From positions 32,487,360 to 32,551,359 of the forward strand of contig NC_043019.1 of NCBI RefSeq assembly GCF_006345805.1: a DNA stretch of 64,000 nt, written 5' to 3'. The translations under genes were made by a program, and so were the position numbers. Origin of the DNA: Octopus sinensis. Lineage: Eukaryota. A model generated the notes under the pieces. The model was not told where the DNA came from and did no database searches. It worked only from the letters and a program-made list of their open reading frames with translations. Positions 1 to 13,352 of the stretch are shown one piece after another; within the stretch, counting starts at the first letter, position 1, and each line of letters opens with the position of its first letter.

Positions 1-520
1 TATTTAATTCCATATTGAAAGAAAAAGTGGAAAATTTTTCTGTTATTAACAAGAGGTTTATCATAAGTTGATTTCCACATGTATACAAATGTAACCCCCT
101 ATTGGTAAGTGTTGTGGAAGGATTCTGACCACCCCCAACTGACTAAAAGTGGACTGACACATTATTGTAAAATAAAGAACTGTCAGCAGTTTAGGGTAAG
201 CGTTTCACTGTGAACCATTGGCAGAGAGTGCTTAAGGTCGTGTAACAGTAATCGCAGTGCATTGTGTGAATACTTTCTTTCTTCCTGCTTTGTTAAATTA
301 TTTATCCAACACCAGGATGTAAAATAAAGAAACGTATGTAGTGTAGAATGAATAATACCAAAATTCTCCAGTTTTCCATTTCATTATGTAATTACTCTGC
401 AATAAACAGTATTCTCCAGAGTTTTCAACTCTCATACGGATGATAACACCTTTGGAGATACTTTGGGGAAATTGAATAAGCAGATGTGCTTTGTGAAGAC
501 ATAGTTTGGTTTATAACCCT

Positions 521-545
521 ATCTATCTATCTATCTACCTACCTA

Positions 546-594
<49 letters not shown>

Positions 595-627
595 CTATCT
601 ATATCTATCAACTATCTATCTATTTAC

Positions 628-658
<31 letters not shown>

Positions 659-666
659 CCTACCTA

Positions 667-711
<45 letters not shown>

Positions 712-746
712 GTCTATCTGTATCTATATACTCTATCTCCTACCTA

Positions 747-797
<51 letters not shown>

Positions 798-835
798 ATG
801 CTATCTGTCTATCTATCTATCTATCTACCTACCTA

Positions 836-892
<57 letters not shown>

Positions 893-1042
893 CTATCTAT
901 CTATATCTATCAACTATCTATCTATTTACTTATCTATCTATCTATCTATTCTCTATCTATCTATCTATCTCTATCTATTATCTATATCTATCAACTATCT
1001 ATCTATTTACTTATCTATCTATCTATCTATCTATCTACCTAC

Positions 1043-1124
<82 letters not shown>

Positions 1125-1125
1125 G

Positions 1126-1189
<64 letters not shown>

Positions 1190-1190
1190 C
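521..1190. repeat. (TATC)n microsatellite, ~670 bp
   Basis: Direct reading; explains the YLSI-repeat ORFs. Confidence 0.98.
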
Positions 1191-1628
1191 ATGCACGGCA
1201 TATGCTGTGGCTTACTGTCCATAAATGAATAACTATAGGGTCATTGATTTACCTGGGAGCCACACAAGTGTAGGGGCCTAATTCTGGTCTATGTATTTTA
1301 TGGCTTACTATCAATAGACAAATACTATAGGACCCAATGCATTGATTTGCCTGGGGGTTTGGGTGCAAATGGATCTAGGAGACCAGTTCTAATTTATGTA
1401 TTCTGTTGCTTGCTATCAACAAATACAATAGAACCTAGGAACCTGTAATGCTGCTAAGGTGGCCCTGACTACAGAGGGTGTTACCCATTTGAGCAAGCTC
1501 TACATGTATGGAAGTGCTAAAGGCTGAACCTGTTTGACACGCACACAAGGCCATAAATCTTCTATACATCACTGTTTAGTGACCTTGTGTTACTGATTTG
1601 TGGGATTGGGTCAAATAGCTGCTGCTGT

Positions 1629-1986
1629 TTGTTTGTTGAGCGAAGCGGTCTTTGTCCTCTCTGGGAGAAGTTCGAAACATGGTCCTTTGCTATTCGTAAG
1701 ACCCGCAGAAGAGAAAGCAGGTCAACCCCCGACACCGAGAGCATCGACGGATGGATAAATGCATATCCAGGCTCAGCGGTTGTGTAGGAAGTTGGGGACA
1801 AGAAACTGGAAGGAAGAGTGAGAGAAAGTTGGAGCGAAAGAGTACAACAGGGGTCGCCATCACCCCCTGCCGGAGCCTCGTGGTGTTTTCGCTCAATAAA
1901 CACACACAACGCCCGGTCTGGAATCGAAACCACGATCCTTCGACTGTGAGTCCGCTGCCCTTACCACTGGGCCATTGCGCCTCCAC
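1629..1986 (-). mobile_element. tRNA-derived SINE (family E, GGAGGCGCAATGGCCCAGTGG head) with 13-bp TSD
   Basis: tRNA-like head with A and B boxes. TSD tagctgctgctgt at 1616-1628 and 1987-1999. Tail ends in ...cgctcaacaaacaaac. Confidence 0.88.
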
Positions 1987-2620
1987 TAGCTGCTGCTGTC
2001 TTATGTATAATGAATCAGTTAAGTCAAGAATGAATATCAACACACCATGATGTGTTGGTTAGTCTTTGCCTGGTGGTTTATGGTAAAAGAAGTTGTGTGC
2101 TTGGCTCATATGAAAGGTTTGAAGACAGGCATGTTCCTATCTGGTCATGTTCTCATCAACTTCTTCAAGTGTTACATGAAAAGAAGGGTTGGTGTTAGAG
2201 AGGGAAAGGTGCTGTCTTATATTGTGTTAAGTGAAAACTAAGGGTGAGTGAATGGCAAGAGTGGTGACATTGAACAGGGCCTAGTCTGAGTGTGGTATTC
2301 TAAGTAGAAGGAAAGAACCAAGGAAAGGGCATCTTTGATGCCTTCAATGTGGTAGAGTGACCTTGCTTTTATGTGGGATTTTCTCTTGGAATACTAAAAT
2401 TGGTTTTGTTGCTATAAAGGAATTTTTGTTGTTGAAATTCTGCACTGATAAAATTTGTCTTGTTTATCATTATTTTGCCTCTTTTTACTTAATGTATACC
2501 CAATTTTTGAGTGTGTTTCTCATCCTTGTATTATTCGCATTGTTTTGATCCCTTAAGATCAATAAAAGAAATTATTATTATTATTAGTAGTAGTAGTAGT
2601 AGAAGTAGTAAAAGGTGGTG

Positions 2621-3210
2621 AGCTGACAGAACCATTAGCATGCCGGACAAATTGCTTAGCGGCATTTCATCTGTCTTTACATTCTGAGTTCAAATTTTCC
2701 TCAGGCCGGATTTTGCTTTTCATCCTTTCAGGGTTGATAAATTAAGCACCAGTGATACACTGGGGTCATTGTAATCGACTTGTCCCCTCCCCCAAATTTC
2801 AGGCTTTGTGCCTATAGTAGAAAGGGTTATTAGGAGTAGTAGTAAAGCGTCCAATTGGCAGAATCGTGAGCACCCTAGACAAAATGCTTATCGGCATCCT
2901 TTTGGGGCTGATGGAATAAGCACCAGTTGAGTACTGAGGTTGGCAGTATCGACTAGTCCCTCTCCTCAAAATTTCAGGCCTTATGCTTATAGAAGAAAGA
3001 ATTATCATCATCATCATCATCATCAAGGCAATGAGCTGACAGAATCGTTAGCATGCTGGGCAAAATGCTTGTTCTGAGTTCAAATTCCACCAAGATCAAC
3101 TTTGCCTTTGAATCCTTTTGGGGTCGATAAGATGAGTATAAGTTAAGCATTAGGGGGTCAATGTAATCAACTCCCCCAAATTTGCTGGTCATGTGCCAAA
3201 ATTTGAAACC
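2621..3210 (+). mobile_element. Cluster of older family A SINEs (short tail) in (ATT/ATC)n repeats
   Basis: Three successive diverged copies with the core ctttcatcctttcggggtcgataaattaagtaccag, each flanked by trinucleotide repeats. Confidence 0.8.
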
Positions 3211-4315
3211 ATTATTATTATTATTATTATATTATTATTATTATTATTATTATTGTTATCATTATTATTATTGTCATTATTATTATCATCATCATCATTA
3301 AATTATACAGGGGTAATTGAAAAGCAAAAACAAAAACAAAAAACAAAAAGCAAATAATTAGTTTGTCTTATTGCTGTTGCAATTTTTGTTGATCTCTTTT
3401 TTGTTTTTTTTTTGGTTAAATTTTTTCTTTTTTTATTCTAAATGTCACATTGTTAGTGACAGATTTCAAATTAGCAGAACGAAACACATCAAGTGTGGTA
3501 TATTTTTGCGGAAGGAACCCAGAAAATTGAGAGCCAGACAAGATATAATTTGATAATGCGAATAATATGGCAAACATGTGCAGTTTAATAATGTAGACAG
3601 GCAAATTGGACAAAAAAAAACAACAACAACAAAAAAAACAAAAAAAAAACAAGAAAAAGGTAGTATATTTGAACTTTTGGCTTTTGCAACAGAAGTTCAA
3701 ATTTGATCCAGATGTTTCCAATACCACCTTCTAGCAAAAAAAAAAAAAAAAATGCAATCAATTCTACTAGTGTATTATTAGTTGCTGTTTAATACCATGT
3801 CTGCTTTTTGACTGAGCACACCCTACGATCAAAGGTCTTCCACCATTTCTGCATATTTTTACGAGGTGCATTCCAGAAGTTTTAAGATATTTTTTTTTTT
3901 TTAGCAGAGGCAATTGTGAATGTCCCAGATTATTGGAGTTTTAGTATATCGTTACTCATCATCATCATCATCCTCATCATTTAATGTCCATTTTCCATGC
4001 TTGGATGGCTTGGATGGTTTTGATAGGAGCTGGCCAGTTGAAGAGTTGTCCAGTCTCCAATCATTTCTTTTAGCATGATTTTCTATGGTTGGATCCCCTT
4101 CCTAACACTAACCACTTTACAGAGTGTACTTGGTGCTTTTGTGCAGCACTTGCACGGGTGCATCTACATGGCACTGGTATGGGTGCTTTTTCACATAACA
4201 CTAGCACCCACGTGCCTGCAAGACTAGGAATTCTCAGCTGGAGAAGATGCAGGCAACCACGCTTTTACTTAGCTTGATGTGCCTTCTCAAGAACAGCGAA
4301 CCACCTATTTCTTTA

Positions 4316-4537
4316 TTACCCACAAGGGGCTAAACACAGAGGGGACAAACAAGGAGAGACATAGGTATTAAGTCGATTACATCGACCCCAGTGTGTAACT
4401 GGTACTTAATTTATCGACCCCGAAAAGATGAAAGGCACAGTCGACCTTGGCAGAATTTGAACTCACAACGTAACGGCAGATGAAATACTGCTAAGCATTT
4501 TGCCTGGCGTGCTAACGTTTCTGTCAGCTCGCTGCCT
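4316..4537 (-). mobile_element. Family A SINE (long tail)
   Basis: Full-length match to the copies at 5777, 8583 and 15250. Confidence 0.88.
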
Positions 4538-4812
4538 TAACAGGAGTCTCGGTCCCTTGTCATCTTCTCTGTGAGACCCAACATCTGAAGATCCTTTCTC
4601 ACTATTTCATCCCACATATTCCTGGCTCTACCCATTCCACACATTCCCTCCACAGTTAGAGATTGGCACCCCTTGATGCAACTGTGTTCATTCATATGCA
4701 TTACATGACCATACATATGCAGTCTTCTCTCTTGCACCCTACATGTGATGTCTCGTATACCCAGTTTTTGTCTCAAATTGCTTACACTCTGTTGTATATG
4801 CACACTGACATT
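4537..4812 (-). mobile_element. RTE-clade LINE 3' fragment
   Basis: Translation QERRLHMYGHVMHM...GRARNMWDEIVRKDL...TRDRD matches the RTE ORF2 C-terminus pattern (RRLRWxGHVxRM...GRPRKTW). Confidence 0.82.
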
Positions 4813-4814
4813 CT

Positions 4815-5165
4815 GAGACCCCCTACGGTCACGACACAGACCATGGGATTGCACCTAGAAAGTTATCCTCCCAGGCACAAGTCCGGGCAAGGTTGTTTCT
4901 GGAAGACCAGCAGTCGCCCATGCATACCGGCCTCCCCTTCTCCACACCACCAGTGTTATCCAGTGTTATCCACCAGTGTTAGCAACGGTCCATACAGCTT
5001 GGCACCTGTGACATCACAACTTATTTCTACAGCTGAGTGAACTGGAACAACATGAAATAAAGTGTCTTGCTCAAGAACACAACCTGCAGCCCAGCCCAGG
5101 ATTCGAACTCAGAACCTCATGATCGTAAGCTCGACGCTCTAACCACTGAGCCATGTGCCTTCACA
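4815..5165 (-). mobile_element. tRNA-derived SINE (family D, GAAGGCGCATGGCTCAGTGGTTAGAGCG head)
   Basis: tRNA-like head. Homologous copies at ~11115-11360, ~17775-18113 and ~35900-36340. Confidence 0.85.
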
Positions 5166-5310
5166 TACACTGACATTACTATATATTTAATAGGCTGACC
5201 TGCCAACTTTTGTTATTCCAAACAGAAGAAGACAACTGTAACAGTCCTTTGAATGCACACTGTTAAACATTGCTTATCCCAGCTGATTGGTCTGCAGGGG
5301 CAGTTGAGAC

Positions 5311-6191
5311 ATGAAGACAACTTGGAAGCTTACTATGTAATAAAGTTTTGTGTTAAACTGGGGGAAAAACACTATAGAAACTTATGAAGTGCTCCAGACT
5401 GGTCATGGATTAACTTGTATGAGTCGAGCATCTGTTTTTTTGCTGGCACAAATGGCCATGCAAAGTGAGTCCACTGGGAGTACATGATAATCCCCTTTTT
5501 TGACAGCAAGGGCATTATCTATGTCCTCCAGGATCCCTCGTGCCAGATGGTCAACATAGAGTACTTTTTGGAGGTTTTGAAGGGGTTCAGGGAGAGATCT
5601 CATTGCAAGACGCCAGAGCAAACGCACCCATCTTCAGTTCCATCCTGGTAACCAACTACTTGACAGAGACAGGCATCAAAACTGCCCCTCACCATCCCTA
5701 CAATCCAAACCCTGCTCCCTGTGACTTTTGGTTGTTCTCCAAGCTGAAGGAGGCTGAGACAAGGGTCCTAGATACCTATTTCTTTACTACCCACAAGGGG
5801 CTAAACATAGAGAGGACAAACAAGGACAGACAAATGGATTAAGATGAGTATATCGACCCCAGTGCGTAACTGGTACTTATTTAATCAACCCCAAAAGGAT
5901 GGAAGGCAAAGTTGACCTTGGTGGAATTTGAACTCAGAACATAGCAGCAGACAAAATACCGCTAAGCATTTCATGCGGCGTGCTAACGATTCTGCCAGCT
6001 CGCTGCCTTGAAGGGTCCTAGATACCTTCACTTTGGAGGGCATCCATGGGGCCTTCACAAAGTGGCAGGAGCACCGCAACAAGTTCATTGGGGTCAGTGG
6101 ATCCTACTTTGAAGGAGATTAGAGTTTTGTGCTTCTTTGAAATTAATTTCTCTCTTGAAAAAATCTCAAAACTTCTGGAATGCACTTTGTA
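5311..6191 (+). mobile_element. Decayed mariner (Tc1/mariner) transposon interrupted by a SINE
   Basis: Fragmentary translations YYVIKFCVKLG, FDSKGII, HHPYNPNPAPCDFWLFSKLKE (variant of the mariner HPPYSPDLAPCDF motif) and SYFEGD-stop, with frameshifts. A terminal-repeat-like end terminates in TA at ~6191. Confidence 0.85.
5777..6010 (-). mobile_element. tRNA-derived SINE (family A, long tail) with 16-bp TSD
   Basis: A-box and B-box-like head (TGGCAGAATCG; GAGTTCAAATTCC). TSD aagggtcctagatacc at 5761-5776 and 6011-6026. Confidence 0.92.
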
Positions 6192-7029
6192 TATCCAAGT
6201 TGGTATTATCCAATAAGCGTGATTTGACGAGAGTTTAACTGCTATTTCTTGCAGGTTGTTGTCTTGTTAGTTCATATATTAGTAATAAGCACCAGATCTT
6301 TCTGTCAGGAATTTAACAATGGTGGTCGTTCATATCATATGTCGCTCAGGGAAAGATTACTTCTGCCATGTTTAATGCTATGGAAATTTGAGTTTAAGCT
6401 CCAAGCTTTGTAAATCCTTGTATTTCAAGGAAGAATTATCTTTTCCTTGTTTTGTGTCAATGCCTCAAGGGGTTTAGTTGAACAAATTGACCCCATTACT
6501 TGTTTTAAAATTTTGGACTTATTTTATCAATTTCTTTTGCTGAACTGCTAAGTTTTGTGAAGATAAACTAGCAATGATTGCCAAATAACAGTGTGGGATA
6601 AACACAAGCACAAAAACACACACACACACATACATACATACATACATACATACATACATACATACAGGCATACATACATACGTAATACATTCATTCCTCC
6701 ATACAAACATGTATACATACACATTTAAATTATATAAATTTATATATATAATATATTTATATATGCATATACATGTACATGAATATAAAAGGTTCAAATT
6801 TAGAGAAAATAAAAGATGAAGATAGGTGAGTAGGCAAAATGCAAATGTATTAGTTTGATGCCACTTGGGAAGAATGGAGAAGTCTTTGATATTTTGAGCC
6901 TATGCTCTTTGACAGAAAGGGATGAGAGGTAAAACAATGGAGAGAGAAGAAAATGTGTTGGGATTAATAGTTTAACATGATGAAATGACCAGAAAAAAGA
7001 TATATATATACATATACATATATATATAT

Positions 7030-7240
7030 AGTAAATCCCCAAAATCGAAGAACAAACATAAAAAAACAACAACGCGAGCACGTGGTACATGTAAAGTATT
7101 AGCAGATGCTCAGGGAAGGAAAGGAAAGTGGTTTAATGTTTCGAGCAAAGCTCTTCTTCAGAAACAGAGGAAAGTCCAATAGAAAAGGAAAATAGAGGGA
7201 AAAAATCACCAACGATTCCCATGTGGTTACATATATACAT
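7030..7240 (-). mobile_element. Penelope-type terminal-repeat fragment containing a hammerhead motif
   Basis: Homologous to 39395-39605 (plus strand); contains the hammerhead-like motif at 7131-7165. Confidence 0.6.
7131..7165 (-). ncRNA. Minimal type I hammerhead ribozyme motif (one stem III substitution)
   Basis: GUUU-CUGAAGA-A-GAGC UUU GCUC-GAAA-CAU-U-AAAC: stem I GUUU/AAAC, stem II GAGC/GCUC, and the ACGU palindrome changed to ACAU. Confidence 0.65.
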
Positions 7241-8420
7241 ATATAAAAATACATATACATATATATAACTACATATATATTTGTTACCAGTTCAAATACG
7301 ATTGGGGCATATTTGAACCCATAAAAAAAATCATTTACTTTCTTCTATCATGATGAAAATTTCTTGACGTAGAAAGAAAAGTGTAAATACATTGTATTAG
7401 TCCACAGTTCCCACTAACTAGAGTGTTGAATGCATGTGTTTCAGAGTGGTTGTCTCCTCTTCAGCAACCGATTCAGGGAAGGCAGGTTCTTTGAATTCGC
7501 ATGGGAAAGAGATCTCTCTTGCGGCATTCAACACCTCACCGTAAATTAAATATGGGAAGTGTGGATGGATGTAGACAGCTCTTTAAAGAAATGCCAGTAA
7601 TTCAAAGTGGATGGAACTCATGGAAGAGGGAGACCCAGGAAATTATAGGACAAATTACTGAAGGATCATCTCAGGACACCGAACCCTGTAAAGACCCATC
7701 CTCTGCAGTAGAATCATTAATGCCACTTACCCAGCTGAAGAGGATTGGCCTGTAAGAGCCTTGTGTTGGTGCCATATAAGAAGTTCCCATATAACGGGTG
7801 CCTCTTATATGGTGCCATGTAATGGCACCTGTGTTAGTGTCATGTAACAGCACCCATGCTGGTGCCACCCAATATATTCTGTAAAAAGCACCCAGCACAC
7901 ACACTGTAAAGTGGAGGGCTTTATGAAGGGCATCCAGGGGTAGAAACCAAGCCAAATCAGACTGGAACCTGGTGCAGCTCTCAGGCTTGGCAGCTCTGGT
8001 CAATCCATCCTACTAATGCCAGCATGGATAATAGACATTAAGGAAGATGATGATGATGACAATGATGATTATATATATGTGTATGTATCATATCTTTTAG
8101 GCTTTTATTTAGTAGTGAGCAGAGAGATTTGAACAAGGGTTTGGCTACTATTTGCAGCAGGTCAAGCAATCACATTATACATAACTCATTATACATACAA
8201 GCTTTATGTTCTGAGTTTAAATTCTGCAAAGTTTGACTGTGCCTTTTCTCCTTTTGGAGTTGATCAAATAAGTACCAGTTATGTACTGAGGTCGATTGTA
8301 ATCAACTAGTCCCCTCCCCCAAGATTTCAGGTCTTGCACCTATAGTAGAAAGGAATATACACACAGTCTCTGTTAACGGCTGAGAAACAAGACAAACAGA
8401 AATCTTAGGCTAGTTATTCT

Positions 8421-8807
8421 TATTTCTTTACTACCCACAAGGGGCTACACACAGAGGGGACAAACAAGGACAGACAAACAGATTAAATCGATACCAGTGC
8501 GTAACTGGTACCCCGAAAGGATGAAAGGCAAAGTCGACCTCGACGGAATTTGAACTCAGAACGTATCGACAGACGAAATACCTATTTCATTACCCACAAG
8601 GGGCTAAACACAGAGGGGACAAACAAGGACAGACAAACGGATTAAGTCGATTACATCGACCCCAGTGCGTAACTGGTACTTAATTTATCGACCCCAAAAG
8701 GATGAAAGGCAAAGTCGACCTCGGCGGAATTTGAACTCACAACGTAACAGCAGACGAAATACTGCTAAGCATTTCGCCCGGTGTGCTAATGTTTCTGCCA
8801 GCTCGCC
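8421..8807 (-). mobile_element. Dimeric or nested family A SINE under one 12-bp TSD
   Basis: A complete copy (8583-8807) is joined to a headless copy (8421-8582). TSD gctagttattct at 8409-8420 and 8808-8819. Confidence 0.88.
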
Positions 8808-9312
8808 GCTAGTTATTCTGTATATTAAAGTCGACAGTGGTGCCTATAACTAGCAACAGGGATCAGCGGGGGGTTACAATTTCATAATATAGTAAACATT
8901 ATTAGTAATTTGTTGTATGCTTTCAAACAATTATTCAATGATTCCTCTCCTTCCATTCAACCGTCAGTCCCTTATTAGTAGGGTTCACAAGTCGTTTGTA
9001 AACCGCTAGTTCGTCACAATATCGTTGTGTACTGATCTGACAATTTACTTATTTGAATTTAAGCAACCGAGCAAGCAAATGAAACGAAACAACGAAGGGG
9101 ACCTAAGTGATAAGTTGAACGGGGTATGAAACGAACAAGATAGCTTAGGGTTGCTTCCACACTGCTAAGCAAGTTAACGTATACTGTCTGGCAACTCGGT
9201 CTCTGAGTCGGGTAATGGCAGCGAAGACAAACGACAAATGACTAACCATGCATGCAAGTGTCTAGAATCTCATTTCTACTTCGCTACCAATGCTAGATAG
9301 TGCTCTCACTGT

Positions 9313-9433
<121 letters not shown>

Positions 9434-9499
9434 TATGTGTACATATGTATATGTAAATACACAATAACTGTACAAAGTATGTATATATAATATCCATAT

Positions 9500-9554
<55 letters not shown>

Positions 9555-9568
9555 ATATATATATATTA

Positions 9569-9602
<34 letters not shown>

Positions 9603-9783
9603 CATATATATACATATACATATACATTTATATATATTATAACACACATATATATATATCTATATATATACATACATATATATCTACACACATATATATG
9701 TATAAATACATATATATATAAATTCAAAGAAAGAAAAAAATTTTTTAATTCATATGTATACATGTATATATACATACACACAG

Positions 9784-9814
<31 letters not shown>

Positions 9815-10544
9815 ATATATATATAAGTATATATATTAATATATACATCTACATATATATATTATACACACCCCATATATATATATATATACATACACAC
9901 ATATATATACACACACACACCAATATATATATATATATACACCTACAAAGAATATACATATGTATATGCATTCATATATATATATATATATATACATTTA
10001 CATGCATACAATACATGCATGCACATATATAAAAATAAATATATATACACATATGTATGTACATACGTAAAATACATTTATACATATATATATTATATAT
10101 ACATATGTGTGTGTCTGTATATATATAATATATATATATATATGTGTGTGTGTGAGTGTGTGTGTATCATGGACTCTGGACCAGAAACTCTGAAAGAATA
10201 CAGAGAAACCGATAAGCTTTCTGCAAGATTGTTTATCAAAGTTCATGGCTAGGAAAACATTATTCAGCGAGAGAAGTGAAAATAGAAGGAGAGACTATTT
10301 AAGATTACTTAAGATTCTTTTTCTCTCCCTTTCTACTTGAAAGAGCATCTTAATGAAGTGTGTACAGAACCAAATGTATACGTGCACATGTGTGTGCCTC
10401 TGTGTGTGTGTGTGTGTGTATACACACACACACACACAAAATATAAGGATAAAATCTATATAAGAATTTATCAAGTGGCCAGAATGAAAAACCAGTTTAT
10501 GAAAAATTTTATACAAAGTATATAATTTTTCCTTTAAAATTAAT

Positions 10545-10965
10545 ACTCTTACTCTTTACTCTTTTACTTGTTTCAGTCATTTGACTGCGGCCATGCTGGA
10601 GCACCGCCTTTAGTCGAGCAAATCGACCCCAGGACTTATTCTTTGTAAGCCCAGTACTTATTCTATCGGTCTCTTTTGAAGAACAGCTAAGTGACAGGGA
10701 CGTAAACACACCAGCATCGGTTGTCAAGCAATGCTAGGGGGACAAACACAGACATACAAACACATATACACACACATATATATATATATATATACATATA
10801 TACGACAGGCTTCTTTCAGTTTCCGTTTACCAAATCCACTCACAAGGCATTGGTCGGCCCGGGGCTATAGCAGAAACACTTGCCCAAGATGCCACGCAGT
10901 GGGACTGAACCCGGAACCATGTGGTTGGTTAGCAAGCTACTTACCAACAGCCACTCCTGCGCCTA
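10545..10965 (-). mobile_element. Composite SINE (family B) with internal (TA/CA)n
   Basis: Head ggagtggctgt..ggtaagtagcttgc..ggttccgggttcagtcccactg, internal microsatellite, tail (gagtaaa)n. Very similar to 44421, 52757 and 57876. Confidence 0.9.
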
Positions 10966-10979
10966 ATGTATATATAGAT

Positions 10980-11023
<44 letters not shown>

Positions 11024-11849
11024 ATATCTATATTATATATATATATATATAATATAATATATATATATAATATGATTATATAATAATATATGTGTATGTG
11101 TGTGTATGGGAGTGGAGACCCCTTTGGTCATGAATGACCATGGGATTGCACCTAGAAAGATACCCTCAGAGGCAGAAGTCCAGGCAAGGTTGTTTATGGA
11201 AGGCCAGCAGTCGCCTATGCATGCCAGCCTCTCCTCTCCACACCACTGATGTTATCCAAAGGAAAGGTAAAGGGGCCCGATACAGCTTGGCACCAGTGAA
11301 GTCACAACTCATTTCTACAGCTGAGTGAACTGGAGCAATGTGAAAGAACACAACACGCAGCCTGTATTCTTTTATTCTTTTATTTGTTTCAGTCATTTGA
11401 CTGCAGCCATGCTGGAGCACCACCTTTAGTTGAAGAAATTGACCCCAGGACTTATTCTATTGGTCTCTTTTGTCAAACCGTTAAGTTATGGGGACATAAA
11501 CACACCAGCATCAGTTGTCAACAAAAAAACACAAATACATACATATATCCATACACAACGGGCTTCTTTCTGTTTCCATCTACCAAATCCACTCACAAGG
11601 CTTTGGGCAGCCCAAGGCTATAATAGAAGACACTTGCCCAAGGTGCCACACAGTGGGACTGAACCCGGAACCATGTGGTATTTCATCTGTCACTACATTC
11701 TGAGTTCAAATTCCGCTGAGGCTGACTTTGCCTTTCATTCTTTCAAGGTCGGCTAAACAAGTACCAATTATGCACAGGGGTCGATGTAACCTACTTAATT
11801 CTCTTCTCTCAAGCTGCCCTTTTGGCAAAAATTTGAAATCATTATTATA

Positions 11850-12300
11850 ATAATTATTATTATTTTATTTTTTTTCATCTTTGTTGTATAATTTGTACAA
11901 GCTGCATCCAACAATCAACTAGAGACATCAAAGAACAACAAGTTTTTGCATGTAAAGATACAAAAAGTTGAGAAGTACCATGCAACTGGAAAACTCGATG
12001 TCTCTGTGTTATAAAAAGAAAATATTCCTTTTTATAAAATATATCACAAAAGCGAACAAATAAGACTGTGTTTACATGGAGAGGAATTTACATAAAATAT
12101 GTGCGCTACCCTTAAGTATTATCTTTTGCTATTCACATTGGGGTTGTCAGGAATTTGGCCTATGTATTTGGTTGCCCCTTTTAATATCATTCCAAGTGCT
12201 GCAATAACAATAAGTAATGTTGTTTTGGGATGCCACATTCTTCTGATTTCTATCTTTGAATCCTTATATTTGCTCAATTTCTCAAACATTTTTCAGAGAT
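11850..12300 (-). mobile_element. R4/Dong-type non-LTR element 3' end (restriction-like endonuclease domain plus 3' UTR)
   Basis: Translation FEKLSKYKDSKIEIRRMWHPKTT..VIAALGMI...IGQIP fits the RLE C-terminus (EKxxKYxDLxxEIxRMW...VIGALG). Flanked by (TAA)n on both sides in element sense. Confidence 0.78.
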
Positions 12301-12301
12301 C

Positions 12302-12349
<48 letters not shown>

Positions 12350-12384
12350 TACTATTATTATTGTTATTATTATTATCATCATTA

Positions 12385-12842
12385 AGATGGTGAGCTGGCA
12401 GAATCGTTAGAATGCTGGACGAAAAGCTTAGCGGTATTTTGCCCGCTGCTATGTTATAAGTTCAAATTCCACCGAGGTCGACTTGGCCTTTCATCCTTTC
12501 AGGGTCGATAGATTAAGTACCAGTGAAACCCTGGAGTTGATGTAATCAACTAGTCCCTACCCCCAAGCTACCCCTGAGGCAAAAATTCGAAATCATCATC
12601 ATCATTATTATTATTATTATTAAGACAGCGAGATGGCAGAATTTTTTAGCACAGTGGGGAAATGCTTAGCAATATTTCGTCTGTCTTTACGTTCTAAGTT
12701 CAAATTCTGCCGAATTTGACTTTGCCATTCATCCTTTCGGAGCGGTCGATAAAATAAGTACCAGTTGCATATTGGGGTTGAGCTAATCAACTGTCCCCTC
12801 TCTTCACTAAAAGTTTCAGTCCATGTGCCTATAGCAGAAAGG
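12385..12842 (+). mobile_element. Two older family A SINEs in (ATT/ATC)n repeats
   Basis: Head ggtgagctggcagaatcgttag, core and short tail, repeated twice with trinucleotide flanks. Confidence 0.8.
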
Positions 12843-12860
12843 ATCATCATCATCACCACC

Positions 12861-12892
<32 letters not shown>

Positions 12893-13079
12893 TACGGGAG
12901 ATAAGATAAACTGAAAAATATGCTGTGTGACAATATCCAGTTGTTTCTGAACATGGTGACATTAATTCTTATCTCTACCTTTCGCCTCTCCAATGGTCAA
13001 TAAAATATGTACCAGTTATGTACTGGGGTGGATTAATTTAACACTAACACTTTCAATCTCTTTTTATTTCTTTTTCATG

Positions 13080-13352
13080 TAGATAACTGAAGCGGTCAAC
13101 AACTCTGATGTTTTCCCCTACAACAGACACAGAGAAGACAGGGTCCTCCAAGAAACCAATAAAGGACTGGATCTTTGTCTTGACCCAAGAGATTTTAAGG
13201 CCAAAGAAAATATCCCTTAAGACATCCAGAGATTCAGCAAATGTAACTGTGCCATCAGCAAAATCTGGGGCAGTAATCTTAGTTTCACCAATGTGTGTAC
13301 CACAATTCAATCCAGCCATGTGTGGTACACACATTGGTGAAACTACCTTAAG
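13080..13352 (-). mobile_element. RTE-clade reverse transcriptase fragment (pseudogenised)
   Basis: Translation ITAPDFADG (decayed xFADD catalytic motif), GLKISWVKTKIQ and VVDRFSYL, as in RTE RT domains 5-7. Confidence 0.8.

Noticed and set aside
486-1232. 248-aa and 240-aa ORFs (YLSI repeats)
   Set aside because: Translations of a (TATC)n microsatellite with no coding complexity.
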